Shown here one piece after another: positions 28,337-38,432 of a stretch of DNA of 64,000 nt. The DNA lies in NCBI GenBank assembly GCA_016195025.1, contig JACQAL010000042.1, forward strand, positions 16,925-80,924, read 5' to 3'. A model generated the notes under the pieces. That model was not told the DNA's origin. It saw only the letters and a list, made by a program, of their open reading frames with translations, and made no database searches. The position numbers and the translations under genes were made by a program. The stretch comes from Bacteroidota bacterium. Lineage in GTDB: Bacteria; Bacteroidota; Bacteroidia; Palsa-948. The first letter of the stretch is position 1. Every line of letters starts with the position of its first letter.

Positions 28337-28437
28337 TATCTACTAATGTACTAATTTGTACGAATGTACTAATGAAAACCAAAAACGGCTGTATTAGTAC
28401 ATTAGTAATGATTGGTAAATTAGTAGATGTAGATGAA
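28337..28437. promoter_or_regulatory. array of palindromically arranged TACTAAT/ATTAGTA boxes upstream of nupC-like gene
   Basis: ctactaatgtactaat..gtactaatg ... gtattagtacattagtaatg ... aattagtag. At least 5 copies of the heptamer in both orientations within 100 bp. Confidence 0.5.
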
Positions 28438-29046
28438 CTAAGATTTTTTCCGCTTGTTCAGTTCATCGCGGATGCGGGATGCCTTTTCGTAATTTTCTCC
28501 GTCAATGGCGCTCTTCAGCATTTCTTTCAACTCTTCTGTAGATTTTTTTGTAAGGTCTTTATCATCTTTCTCCGAAGATTTTTTTACAACGGGTTCTTCA
28601 ATGGCTGCTGAACCAATGCCGCCTTCTTTCGGCTGATCTTCGAGAATAATTCCGGCAGCGGAGAGAATAAATTCATAGGTGAAAATCGGACAATCAAACC
28701 GCACAGCAAGCGCAATGGCATCGGATGTGCGCGCGTCAATCTCCACTTCTTTTTCTCCATCGAAGCAAATAAGTTTCGCGTAAAAAATTCCTTCCACAAG
28801 ATTGTAAATGATGACTTCATTCAGTTTGATGCTGAAAGTATCTGCAAAATTTTTAAAAAGGTCGTGCGTAAGCGGACGGCTTGGTGTCATTTTCTCAAGT
28901 TGAATGGCGATTGCCTGCGCTTCAAATCCTCCTATGATAATGGGTAATCTGCGCTTTCCTTTTACTTCTCCAAGAACAAGTGCGTAAGCTCCTGCCTGCG
29001 TTTGGCTGTAAGAGAGTCCGATGATGTCGAGTTTAACTTTCTTCAT
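28438..29046 (-). CDS. bifunctional nuclease (BFN/DUF151) with UvrB/UvrC-like C-terminal motif
   Basis: N-terminal BFN-domain pattern (..VLL.E..G.R.LPI.IG..EA.AI......). C-terminal ..EELK..L..AI..E.YE.A...RDEL.. motif. Confidence 0.8.
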   Translation of the reverse strand: MKKVKLDIIGLSYSQTQAGAYALVLGEVKGKRRLPIIIGGFEAQAIAIQLEKMTPSRPLTHDLFKNFADTFSIKLNEVIIYNLVEGIFYAKLICFDGEKEVEIDARTSDAIALAVRFDCPIFTYEFILSAAGIILEDQPKEGGIGSAAIEEPVVKKSSEKDDKDLTKKSTEELKEMLKSAIDGENYEKASRIRDELNKRKKS

Positions 29047-29097
29047 GGTACGGATAACGAATCTCTACGAATTTACGAAAATAAATGCAAACAATTT

Positions 29098-30072
29098 TTA
29101 ATGTTGTGCTTTGAATTTTTTTACTTCTTCAATTAATTTCGGAACAACTTCAAAGGCATCTCCGCAAATTCCATAGTTAGCCGCTTTGAAAAACGGAGCT
29201 TCCTTATCAATATTAATTGCAACCATCACTTTCGATGAACTCACTCCAGCGAGATGTTGTATCGCTCCTGAAATTCCGATGGCGATATAAAGATTCGGAG
29301 CGATGGTGATTCCTGTTTGTCCCACGTGCTCGTGATGCGGTCGCCATCCCACATCCGCAACAGGTTTTGAGCAGGCAGTTGCAGCGCCTAAAAGTTCTGC
29401 GAGTTGCTCCACCATTCCCCAGTTCTCAGGACCTTTCAATCCTCTTCCTCCCGAAACAACAATCTCCGCTTCAGTGAGTACAACTTTGCCGGAAGTTTTT
29501 TTAATTTCTTTAGAAGTGGAATTAAAATCTGAATCGCTGAATGAAGGAGAAAAATTTTCTATCGCTGCGCTTCCTTCTGCGGTGTTTATGTGAAATGAAT
29601 TCGGAAAAAGACCAATCACTTTTACATCGGAAGAAACAGTTACATCCGTTAATCCTTTTCCGGAAAAACATTTTTTACGAATGGTGAATGGAGAAGTGGA
29701 AGAGGGGAGAGCCGTTGCGCCAGCGACCAATCCTCCTTTCAGTTTCACTGCAACTCTTCCTGCAACAGAGCGACCGGAATATGTATAGGAGACAATTACA
29801 ACTTTTGCATTTTCTTTTTGTGACGCCTGAACAATTGCAGAAGCAAACGCGGATGGATTGAGCGAATTCAGTTTATCATTCTTCACCGATAAAACTTTTT
29901 GCGCTCCGTATTTTCCAAGCGATATTATGTCATCATCACCTGCATTTCCGATTACAACTGCCGTCACACTTCCTCCAACTTGTTTTGCAATTTCAGAGCC
30001 GTACGAAATTGCTTCGTAAGTTGATTTTTTAAATTTTCCTTCCCAGTTTTCCGCAAACACTACTACTGACAT
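29098..30072 (-). CDS. etfA: electron transfer flavoprotein subunit alpha
   Basis: 324 aa. FAD-binding C-terminal region (..IAIGISGAIQH..G...). Confidence 0.93.
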   Translation of the reverse strand: MSVVVFAENWEGKFKKSTYEAISYGSEIAKQVGGSVTAVVIGNAGDDDIISLGKYGAQKVLSVKNDKLNSLNPSAFASAIVQASQKENAKVVIVSYTYSGRSVAGRVAVKLKGGLVAGATALPSSTSPFTIRKKCFSGKGLTDVTVSSDVKVIGLFPNSFHINTAEGSAAIENFSPSFSDSDFNSTSKEIKKTSGKVVLTEAEIVVSGGRGLKGPENWGMVEQLAELLGAATACSKPVADVGWRPHHEHVGQTGITIAPNLYIAIGISGAIQHLAGVSSSKVMVAINIDKEAPFFKAANYGICGDAFEVVPKLIEEVKKFKAQH

Positions 30073-30084
30073 AAAAAATATTTT

Positions 30085-30822
30085 TTAAATAACTTTTGCT
30101 TCCGTGTGTAATAAATGAACCAACTCTCCCACATTATTCGGATCAATCATTTTGCATTCTCCTTTTGCAGGGGGTAAATCATATTGACCAGAACCACTCA
30201 GCATTTCACATGCAGCAGGTTCAACAACTGCAAGAGGTTTTGTTCTCGCTGTCATAATTCCCCGCATATTCGGAATTCTTGGTTCTGCCATTCCTTTTTG
30301 AGCAGCGGCAACGAAAGGAAGTTTTGATTCAAGAATTTCTTTTCCTCCGTCAATTTCTCTTTCGAGTGTTGCAATTGTTCCGTTCACATCAAGTTTCGTT
30401 GCAACAGAGATGGAAGGAATTCCCAAAAGTTCTCCGAGCATCATTGGAACTTGTCCGCCATTGTAATCAATGGATTCTTTTCCTGTGAGGATAACATCGT
30501 AAGAATTTTTCTTGGCAACTTCTGCAATCTGAAATGCCACAAAGTATGCATCGGTCGGTTCTGCGTTCACGCGGATGGCATCGTCAGCGCCAATCGCAAG
30601 CGCTTTGCGGAGATTCGGTTCTGTGTTTGCCTGTCCAATATTGATAACAGTTACCGTTCCTCCTTGCGCTTCTTTTATTTCCAGCGCTCGTGTCAGCGCA
30701 ATTTCATCATAGGGATTGATAATAAACTGAACTCCTGCTGAATTAAATGCTTTTTTATCGGGCGTGAAAGTTATTCTGGTGGTGGTATCGGGAACTTGCG
30801 AAATGCAGACGAGAAACTTCAT
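30085..30822 (-). CDS. etfB: electron transfer flavoprotein subunit beta
   Basis: 245 aa. MKFLVCISQVPDTT N-terminus typical of EtfB. Confidence 0.93.
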   Translation of the reverse strand: MKFLVCISQVPDTTTRITFTPDKKAFNSAGVQFIINPYDEIALTRALEIKEAQGGTVTVINIGQANTEPNLRKALAIGADDAIRVNAEPTDAYFVAFQIAEVAKKNSYDVILTGKESIDYNGGQVPMMLGELLGIPSISVATKLDVNGTIATLEREIDGGKEILESKLPFVAAAQKGMAEPRIPNMRGIMTARTKPLAVVEPAACEMLSGSGQYDLPPAKGECKMIDPNNVGELVHLLHTEAKVI

Positions 30823-30969
30823 AAAAATAATTTTTCAAAGGGAAGCAAAGATAAAATAAAACTACAATGGAAGAATGGAAGATTGGAATGTTGGATGGTT
30901 TGGGCTGTTGCCATTCTTCCAGATTCCATCCTTCCAATCTTCCGTAATTTTTTTTTATGGAATTTAAAA

Positions 30970-32211
30970 ATGACTTGCATCATACTCTCAAACCAAACCT
31001 TCAAACCAATGGACACCACTACCAACTTCCGTATCAGCATTCCAAAGCCATGTCACGAGGACTGGAACAAATTCACGCCCGATGAAAAAGGCGCTTTCTG
31101 CAAAGTATGCAGCAAATCGGTGCACGACTTCACAAAAAAATCTGCCGAAGAAATCGAAACCGTGCTTGTTGAAGAAATGAGCGCGGGCAAAAAAGTGTGC
31201 GGGCGGTTTAATGAAGACCAACTGACACCTGTTCCCGCACCAATTCCTGATTTGAATCCATATGCACTTAACTTCAGAAAAGTAAAAAGATTTGCGATGG
31301 CATTGTTTCTTGTGTTTGGAGGATTTTTATTTAACTCTACAAAATCCACTGCGCAAAAGATTATGGGAAAAATGGCAATGCCGCAATATCACGAACCGGT
31401 GAAGGGAGAGATGAGAATCAAAAGAGATGAAGTAAAAGATTCTACAGTAACAATAAAAGACATCACTCCTGTTGTTCCGAAAGTTCCCAAATGCAACTCA
31501 ATGATGAAAGGCGATGTTGCGATTGAGCCGATTGATGAAATCAAATCAGTTCTTGGACAAGCATCAGTTACTCAGCCAACTGTAAAAGGAAATGCAATTG
31601 TTCAACCAACAAAAGGACAAGTTGCCATTATTGAAACTCCTCCTGCGGTAACCGGAAGTGTTGCGATTTCTATAGAGCCGGAAGTGATTAAAAATATCGA
31701 GCCGACTGTTATTCACGATACTGTAATCACAGCAGTAGAAACTATAGAGAAAAGCCAAATGGTTATGGGAATGATGGTTGCGCTTCCTGAACATATTGAA
31801 ACTCCTCCGTTGATTGATCCAATTCCCAACGACAGCATTCAGAATATTATTGACGGAGAATTTGCTGTACCTGAATCTACTTATGTTGAAACCACTGAAC
31901 CAACAGAAATAAAAGTTATTCCTATCGATGAGAATTTGGAAAGCACTTCGCTTTCACTTTCATCTTATCCCAATCCTTCATCGAACGGAGAAATTACTTT
32001 GCGATACAATTTGAAGAAAGACGGAATGGCTTCCATTTCTCTTTTTGACTTGAATGGAAATCTGGTGAAAACATTTTTACCATTGCAATCTTTATTTGCT
32101 TCTTCTTACGAAACAAAATACGATGTGAGCGATTTGAATGCGGGAATTTATTTCTGCGAATTAATATCAGGACAAAATAAAACAACCACGAGAATCGTTA
32201 TAGCAAAATAA
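30970..32211 (+). CDS. T9SS C-terminal-sorting-domain protein (hypothetical cargo)
   Basis: Start moved to MTCIILSNQ to clear etfB. C-terminal ..LSSYPNPSSNGEITL...GIYFCELISGQNK.. type-A sorting domain. Repetitive Pro/Val/Thr-rich middle. Confidence 0.7.
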   Translation: MTCIILSNQTFKPMDTTTNFRISIPKPCHEDWNKFTPDEKGAFCKVCSKSVHDFTKKSAEEIETVLVEEMSAGKKVCGRFNEDQLTPVPAPIPDLNPYALNFRKVKRFAMALFLVFGGFLFNSTKSTAQKIMGKMAMPQYHEPVKGEMRIKRDEVKDSTVTIKDITPVVPKVPKCNSMMKGDVAIEPIDEIKSVLGQASVTQPTVKGNAIVQPTKGQVAIIETPPAVTGSVAISIEPEVIKNIEPTVIHDTVITAVETIEKSQMVMGMMVALPEHIETPPLIDPIPNDSIQNIIDGEFAVPESTYVETTEPTEIKVIPIDENLESTSLSLSSYPNPSSNGEITLRYNLKKDGMASISLFDLNGNLVKTFLPLQSLFASSYETKYDVSDLNAGIYFCELISGQNKTTTRIVIAK

Positions 32212-32222
32212 TTGTTCGCGCC

Positions 32223-35200
32223 TCACCGTATCAAATGCACAAACCCCTTGAACACGGAATCATCCACCGGCATTCCGTTTTTATCTTTCTGGTTGGCAAG
32301 CGCTACTATATAATAGTACACTCCGTCTTTTGCTTCCAGTCCGGCATTAGTTCTTCCATCCCAGCCATGATTGCGCAGCGAAGTGGAGAAAATCAGCACG
32401 CCCCATCGGTCGTAAATCTGCAAGGTGTAATTTTCATCGGGGCACACACCGGGAATGTAAAACACATCGTTCACGCCATCGGCATTGGGAGTGAACACAT
32501 CGGGAATTAATTTCTGCTGGAAGCAGGGCTCGGAGAGAACAACCAGTTTGATGATGCCGATGCATCCGGCAGAATCATATACTTCAAACGTATATTGCAC
32601 CGTATCGCCTGTTCCCACAATGAAAATGTTATCGCAACTGGCGCAACTGATACCCGTGCTTGGCGACCAGTTGAAAGTATAAGGCGGAACTCCTCCGTTG
32701 TAAGAAGTGGTTACCGCCACAATGCTGTCCTGCGGAACATGAATGATGGAGGGTTCGTTCAACGCAACATTAATTACATTGGTTACCGTAACCGCTCCGC
32801 TGAGATTGGTGGCGAGTTGCGAGCAGGGCTGTCCGGTAGGCAGCGTATATTCCAGCAGCAGTTGCGGATTCCACGAGCCGGGAACTGTATAGGTATGGCA
32901 CGTATCCGCTCCGTATGAAATACCCGTAACTCCGTCTCCAAAATCCCAATAGTAATAAGAAGTGTTTATCGAGTTGGAATGAAAGCAAACCGTGAGCGGA
33001 TTACATCCTGAAGTGGGAGTCAAACTGAAATTTCCGGCAGCAAACGGAACGGAAATAATACTGTCTAACACCAATGTATCAGTGCACAACCCCGCATTTG
33101 TGATTGTAAGTGTTACGCTATAAATACCACCGGACTGATAAAAAACAGTTGGATTCTGAAGCGTGGAACTGCCTGCAGAGCCAAAGTTCCAATTCCAGTT
33201 TGTAACATAGCCGGTAGATGAATCTGTAAATGTATATTGCGCAAATCCACAATAGATAGTGTCGAGCGCCCAGCCGAAATTCGCCTTGGGTTTCAGAATA
33301 AGAACCGTGTCAGTAATGGTGCTGTCGCATCCGTTTGCATCGGTAACGGTGAGCGTTATCACATATAAACTATCGCTTGCATAACTATGCGTGATGAGCG
33401 CGCTCGTGGTAGTGGCCGTGTTTCCATCGCCAAAGTTCCACGCGTAACTTAGCCCCACACCGCTTGTAGCCGAAGCATCAAGCGTAAGAATATCTCCCTT
33501 GCAGGCAAACGTATCCAGCGTGAAAGCAGGGTAGGGGAAAGTGGGATTGATGTAATTATTAACCGTAATGCTTTTCACGCAGCCGTTGGTATCGGTAATC
33601 TGCATGGTAACATTGTAATTGCCGGGAGTTGTATACGTGTGAATGATGGAATCGTTGTAGGTAGTATCAATAGTTCCGTCACCGAAATTCCAAATCCACT
33701 GGGTAATCACCGAATCGGAAACCGAAGTGTCAATAAATGTTACCAGCAGCGGGCGGCAGCCGGTGAGCGTGTCGGCATAAAAATACGGATAAGGACCCAG
33801 CGCGCCCAGCGTATCCGTTACCGTATCCTTGCATCCGTTCACATCGGTTATGATGAGCGTTACAGGATATTGCCCGGTTGCCGTGTAAGTATAAGCAGGA
33901 TTATTTATGATGGAAGTGTCAGCAATTGTCGAAGGGTCTCCGAAATTCCACCAGACACTATTCGCATCCTGCGAAGTGCCGGTAAAATTCGCAGTGAACG
34001 GATAACATCCAAACGTATTCGCCACGGTGAAACTCGCAATGGGTTCTGCAATGGTGAAAGAAGCCGTGTACACATTGTTGCATCCCGAAGAATAATTATA
34101 GGCAGTGAGCGTAACCGTGAACGGTCCGCGCACTCCGTAGGTATGAACAGGATTAGTTGTATTGGAAGAATCAATAGTTCCATCGCCAAAGTTCCATACC
34201 AGCGAATCGGCTCCTTCCGAAGTGCTGGTGAAACCTACGGTGTAATAGTTCACGCAACTGAGCGTGTAAGTGAACTGCGCTTTGGGCGGAAGTATGACCA
34301 CATTCTTGATGGCGCTTGTATCCGAACAGCCGTTGTTGTATGCAATGAGATACACCTGATACGTTCCGGTGTCTGCATACGTATGCGTGGGATTCTGCAA
34401 GGTGGAATTTCCTCCATCGCCAAAGTTCCAGTACCAGCCCGTAACGGGAACGGAAGAAGAATCATAAAAGTTGATTGGCAAACCGAAACAAATCGTATCG
34501 GGCACCGCGCCAAAGTTCGCCACAGGCGGAGTTCCCACTTTAATGCAGTTGTTGCAGATGAGCGTGGCGGTGCATCCGTTTTGCGTAGTAATGGTAAGCG
34601 TTACGGAATAAACTCCGGTGGCAGTATAGGTGTGAACCGGGTTTTGCAGCGCGGAATTTCCTCCATCTCCAAAGTTCCATGCATAAATTACAATCGGGTC
34701 AATGGCGCTTGAACTGGTGCTGGTAAAATTCACAGTGAGCGGAACGCATCCGCTGTCGGGAACATGAATGAAGTTGGCAACGGGAGGAGAAATTAGGATG
34801 AACGCATTTTTTGTAATGGTTGCATTGCAGGTTCCGTTTGCGTTGGTAACCGTGAGCGTAACGTTGTAAGTTCCGGTTGCCGTGTACGTATGCGTGGGGT
34901 TCTGAAGCGTGGAAGTATTTCCATCGCCAAAGTTCCACGAATAAGTTGCTCCGCCTGTGGAAGTGTTCGTAAAATTCACCGTGAAGGGAACCGAACATGC
35001 CACCATCGTATCGGCAATAAAATTCGCGGTGGGAGTTTGATTTACCACAATGGTATTTTTTATCGTGCCCGTGCATCCGCTTGCATCGGTGGCGGTCATG
35101 GTAACGGTGTATGTTCCCGCGGCAGTATACGTATGTGAAGGATTTATAGTGGCAGAAGTAGTTGCATCTCCGAAATTCCAGTTGGCGGAAACCGCAGCAG

Positions 35201-36119
35201 GCACGGAAGTATTGGTGAACGTAACGGTTTGCCCCGTGCAAATAACCGTGGGCGTTGCCACAAAACTTGCCGCAATGTTTTGTATAGTGATGTAATTCGT
35301 AAGCGTAATTGAATCGGTGCATCCGCCCTGGTGAACCACTAATGAAACATTGTATGTTCCCGAAGCGGTGTACGTATGCGAAGGATTGGTGGAAGCGGAA
35401 TTGCTTCCGTCTCCAAAATACCAGGTGAACGTGGTGCTTCCGGTATAGGTTGAAGTGTTCGTGAACGAAACAACAAGCGGTGGCGTGCATTTGGAAGTAG
35501 GCGTGGCGCTGAACGAAGCGCTGGGTTTTGGCACCACCACAATATTCTGAACAATGTTTCCCGTGCAGCCGTTGGTATCGGTAACAATCAAACTCACCGG
35601 GTAATTTCCGGCAGTGGTGTACGGATGCGTTACCGAAGGAACCGTTACCGAAGCGTTGTTTCCATCGCCAAAGTTCCATGCCCAGGTTCCGATGGGCGCG
35701 CCTCCCGGAGAAATTACGGTGGCATCGGTGAAGGTTACAGTTTCTCCTATGCAAACTGTGTCATCGGTCATCGTAAATCCGGCAGCGGGCTTGTTGTACA
35801 CGTTGATGTAATTTACTTTGATGAGCGTGTTGCTCGAAGAGCCGTTGGAAACCGTAAGCGTTACCGTGTACACTCCGGTGCTGGAATAAATGGTGGAAGG
35901 ATTTTGAATCACCGGCTTGTTGCCGTTGCCCAAATCCCAGTTCCACGAAGTAACTCCGCCCGAAGACATATCGGTGAACTGCACCACCAGCGGAGCGCAT
36001 CCTGCAATGGGCGATGCGGAAAAGTTGGCGGTTACCTGCGCAGCAGCAGTCGGCAGCAGGCAGTTGGCAGCCGGCAACAAATACAAGCCAATAAAAAATA
36101 TTTTGCGAAGTGGATTCAA
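32223..36119 (-). CDS. multi-PKD-domain surface protein with gliding-motility-associated (T9SS type B) C-terminal domain
   Basis: ~10 repeats with the PKD signature (W.FGDG..S....P.H.Y...G.Y.V.L.V....GC). C-terminal ..DVFTPNADGVNDVF...YDRWG.... domain. Signal peptide encoded partly by the CTGCCAACTGCC repeat. Confidence 0.85.
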   Translation of the reverse strand: MNPLRKIFFIGLYLLPAANCLLPTAAAQVTANFSASPIAGCAPLVVQFTDMSSGGVTSWNWDLGNGNKPVIQNPSTIYSSTGVYTVTLTVSNGSSSNTLIKVNYINVYNKPAAGFTMTDDTVCIGETVTFTDATVISPGGAPIGTWAWNFGDGNNASVTVPSVTHPYTTAGNYPVSLIVTDTNGCTGNIVQNIVVVPKPSASFSATPTSKCTPPLVVSFTNTSTYTGSTTFTWYFGDGSNSASTNPSHTYTASGTYNVSLVVHQGGCTDSITLTNYITIQNIAASFVATPTVICTGQTVTFTNTSVPAAVSANWNFGDATTSATINPSHTYTAAGTYTVTMTATDASGCTGTIKNTIVVNQTPTANFIADTMVACSVPFTVNFTNTSTGGATYSWNFGDGNTSTLQNPTHTYTATGTYNVTLTVTNANGTCNATITKNAFILISPPVANFIHVPDSGCVPLTVNFTSTSSSAIDPIVIYAWNFGDGGNSALQNPVHTYTATGVYSVTLTITTQNGCTATLICNNCIKVGTPPVANFGAVPDTICFGLPINFYDSSSVPVTGWYWNFGDGGNSTLQNPTHTYADTGTYQVYLIAYNNGCSDTSAIKNVVILPPKAQFTYTLSCVNYYTVGFTSTSEGADSLVWNFGDGTIDSSNTTNPVHTYGVRGPFTVTLTAYNYSSGCNNVYTASFTIAEPIASFTVANTFGCYPFTANFTGTSQDANSVWWNFGDPSTIADTSIINNPAYTYTATGQYPVTLIITDVNGCKDTVTDTLGALGPYPYFYADTLTGCRPLLVTFIDTSVSDSVITQWIWNFGDGTIDTTYNDSIIHTYTTPGNYNVTMQITDTNGCVKSITVNNYINPTFPYPAFTLDTFACKGDILTLDASATSGVGLSYAWNFGDGNTATTTSALITHSYASDSLYVITLTVTDANGCDSTITDTVLILKPKANFGWALDTIYCGFAQYTFTDSSTGYVTNWNWNFGSAGSSTLQNPTVFYQSGGIYSVTLTITNAGLCTDTLVLDSIISVPFAAGNFSLTPTSGCNPLTVCFHSNSINTSYYYWDFGDGVTGISYGADTCHTYTVPGSWNPQLLLEYTLPTGQPCSQLATNLSGAVTVTNVINVALNEPSIIHVPQDSIVAVTTSYNGGVPPYTFNWSPSTGISCASCDNIFIVGTGDTVQYTFEVYDSAGCIGIIKLVVLSEPCFQQKLIPDVFTPNADGVNDVFYIPGVCPDENYTLQIYDRWGVLIFSTSLRNHGWDGRTNAGLEAKDGVYYYIVALANQKDKNGMPVDDSVFKGFVHLIR

Positions 36120-36253
36120 GTCAGAAGAATTTAGCGGAACAAAGATACTGTTAATGTTTCAATCAACGAAAAACTACCGCCCGTTTGTTGTGAGCAGTTG
36201 GTTGTTAATTGTGGCGAGATAGATTAAAGATGAAAAAGAAGGCGGAAAGGTTG

Positions 36254-36423
36254 CATCTGCGAATATGTTTCATCCCTATGGGACGAATAAAAACCGAATC
36301 TGTCCGATGGAATACGGACTCCGCAACTTTGTTCGGAGCGAATGAAACGCATAGAACAATACGCAACTCGTACATTTGTTTCATCCCGATACATCGGGGC
36401 GTGAGGATTCATATTCGCAGATG
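36254..36423. mobile_element. MITE-like element with perfect 14-bp terminal inverted repeats
   Basis: CATCTGCGAATATG at 36254-36267 and its exact reverse complement CATATTCGCAGATG at 36410-36423. The interior carries the dispersed TCCGATGGAATACGG...AACTTTGTTCGGAGCGAA core and a duplicated GTTTCATCCC. Confidence 0.5.
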
Positions 36424-36493
36424 ACTTGAGTATATATGGGGAAACAGACCGGATATTATTCCACCAGCACTTTCTCCGTAAAAACTTTCAAAG

Positions 36494-36560
36494 AAACTCT
36501 CCCTCTTTCCCTCTCTTTACAAAGAGAAGGATGTCCGTCAACTGACGGACAGGGTGAGTT
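36494..36560. repeat. dispersed repeat family 2 (ACTCTCCC..CTCTCTTTnnAAAGAGAG..hairpin..GGGTGAGTT)
   Basis: Related copies at 49044-49104 and 53274-53335. Each has a different internal perfect hairpin (TCCGTCAACTGACGGA; CCCCTCTCTTTTTAAAAGAGAGGGG; CATCAATCCCGCCttacGGGGCGGGATTGATG). Confidence 0.7.
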
Positions 36561-36750
36561 ACTCAATCACCACCTTCTCCGTATGGCATCGAACTTCTGT
36601 CCCCCTTTTTGAAGGGGGAATAAGGGGGATGTTCGGTGTTTCACACACCTCCACTAAAAACAATCCCTTCCCGAAAGGCGAAACATCCACTTCTATTTTC
36701 TTTTGAAACTTTTTTTCTAAAACTTTTTGTCCGAGGGGGACAGTACAGAT

Positions 36751-37929
36751 TCATTTCATCAACGTAACATTTCCTTTCTTCGTAATCTCCTTCCCGTTTT
36801 TATCTTTTGCATTTAAGTAATAAAAATAAACGCCAGTATTACATAGTTGCCCGTTCACTCTGCCATCCCATCCTTCTTTTGGTTTATTCAGTTCGGCAAC
36901 TTTTTCTCCCCATCGGTTATAAATTTCGCAATGCAATTCGTCTAAATCACCCCAGACAGAAAAAATATCGTTCTCTCCATCATCATTGGGAGAAAAAGCG
37001 TTTGGAACATAAATAATATTTGTTGCCGTATCTTCAACTTCATAAATAAAAAGATTATCGAAATAATAATAAGAAACAGCAGTAGTGGAATCGTATCCCG
37101 GAGCAAAATGGGTTTTAGAGGCAGGATAAAAATTTCCAAGCGTTACAAATTTCTCTCCGCCTTTTGCTGTGTAATAACCCGACACTAATGTCCAGTTTAA
37201 AGTATCACTGATAATATTACCTGATGGGTTAGCAATATCGGGTGTAGCATAATAAGGGAGCGATGTAATTATAATGCTGTCCGTAGATAAAATAGCATGA
37301 AAAGCATCGTGCGGTGCACACGCCCATTTTGAAGGGCAAACATAAAATCCAATGTTATATTTTTTCCCATTTGCTAAGGTATTTGGCAAAGGATATTCAA
37401 TAAATTCTACTCCGCCACCGGTAGAAAAATATTGATAAGTATGGCATCCTGCAAATGCCTTACCATCTTTAGCATATAAACCTTGAACAGGAACTCCTAC
37501 TGAACTTGGGTAAGCACATTCGTGGAAATAATCAGGAGAGGGGCTTGCTTCAAACCAAGGTGATGCACAATGAATATACGGTGTCGTAACACCATCAGGA
37601 CAACAAACAGTATCCTCCATACTTCCATCAGGAGCAAGATTTGGTCCGATTAATTTACAGCCAAGCATGGTGCTAAGTGAATCCCGAAAAGAATCAACCG
37701 TTCCCACTGCGCCCACGTTTCCGTTCACATCGGTGGTTTGAACTGATGTAACCGATGAGCCGGAAAGAATGCTGAACGATTGCAGGTTGGCGGAGAGGGT
37801 TTGCGCTTTACATCCCCCTGCGCCCCCTTCAAAAAGGGGGAAAATGCCGCAAGAAAAAATCAGAGAGAGAGAGAACTTGCCTGCCGCAGGTAGGAGCACT
37901 CTCAGCGCGAACGCAAATTTGTTTTTCAT
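36751..37929 (-). CDS. secreted protein with gliding-motility-associated (T9SS type B) C-terminal domain
   Basis: C-terminal ..IYVPNAFSPNDDGENDIF....EIYNRWG....GWDG....G.Y.Y... Start taken at MKNKFAFAL. The signal-peptide region contains an in-frame CCCCCTTCAAAAAGGGGG palindrome. Confidence 0.7.
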   Translation of the reverse strand: MKNKFAFALRVLLPAAGKFSLSLIFSCGIFPLFEGGAGGCKAQTLSANLQSFSILSGSSVTSVQTTDVNGNVGAVGTVDSFRDSLSTMLGCKLIGPNLAPDGSMEDTVCCPDGVTTPYIHCASPWFEASPSPDYFHECAYPSSVGVPVQGLYAKDGKAFAGCHTYQYFSTGGGVEFIEYPLPNTLANGKKYNIGFYVCPSKWACAPHDAFHAILSTDSIIITSLPYYATPDIANPSGNIISDTLNWTLVSGYYTAKGGEKFVTLGNFYPASKTHFAPGYDSTTAVSYYYFDNLFIYEVEDTATNIIYVPNAFSPNDDGENDIFSVWGDLDELHCEIYNRWGEKVAELNKPKEGWDGRVNGQLCNTGVYFYYLNAKDKNGKEITKKGNVTLMK

Positions 37930-38066
37930 GAAACATTTTGTTTGGTTGACGTTTTGATTTCGCACTTCAGAGCAAAACGCAACGAGCCATTGGAACAACA
38001 AAAGTAAAAATTTATTTTGCAAAAGCAAATGAATGAGCGGATGAGAAGAATTGCATTCATTTCTTT

Positions 38067-38432
38067 CTACGGCTTCCACCCCAGTTTATTTTTCTTCCTG
38101 CTCCATTCTTCCTCTCTCTCCTTATCTTCCAGTTCTATAATAAAGTCACGCAGGGCTGTACTTGGCTGCGTGTCGGGCGTAAATGCTTTGGTAGTTACCG
38201 CCACCAGAAACCCGTGCTTAATGAGGTCAATTTTTGCCTCGCGTATGCTTTTCGCGCCCAGCATTTTCAGCAGGCGCTTGCGTTTGTTTTTAACCGTACC
38301 CAGCGCCATGCCGGTTTTTTTCACTATTTCTTTTTCCTGTAAGCCCTCTTCGCTCAGCGCGGCAATTTGCAGCAAACGGGGTTCTTTGTCAAATAAAATA
38401 ACAAGCATTTCTTTTTTTGTTAAGTAGGCCAT
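38067..38432 (-). CDS. LuxR/GerE-type helix-turn-helix transcriptional regulator (stand-alone)
   Basis: C-terminal ..LSEREKEI....GM....IA..L..S..TV..H...I..KLG-like HTH (LSEEGLQEKEIVKKTGMALGTVKNKRKRLLKMLG). Confidence 0.7.
   Translation of the reverse strand: MAYLTKKEMLVILFDKEPRLLQIAALSEEGLQEKEIVKKTGMALGTVKNKRKRLLKMLGAKSIREAKIDLIKHGFLVAVTTKAFTPDTQPSTALRDFIIELEDKEREEEWSRKKNKLGWKP

Noticed and set aside
33639-35754. Long ORFs on the opposite strand or alternative frames inside the PKD-protein gene (357 aa, 351 aa, etc.)
   Set aside because: They lie entirely within a 1298-aa gene with clear PKD and CTD domains. The Arg/His/Cys-rich translations are typical out-of-frame artefacts of a G/T-rich repetitive coding sequence.
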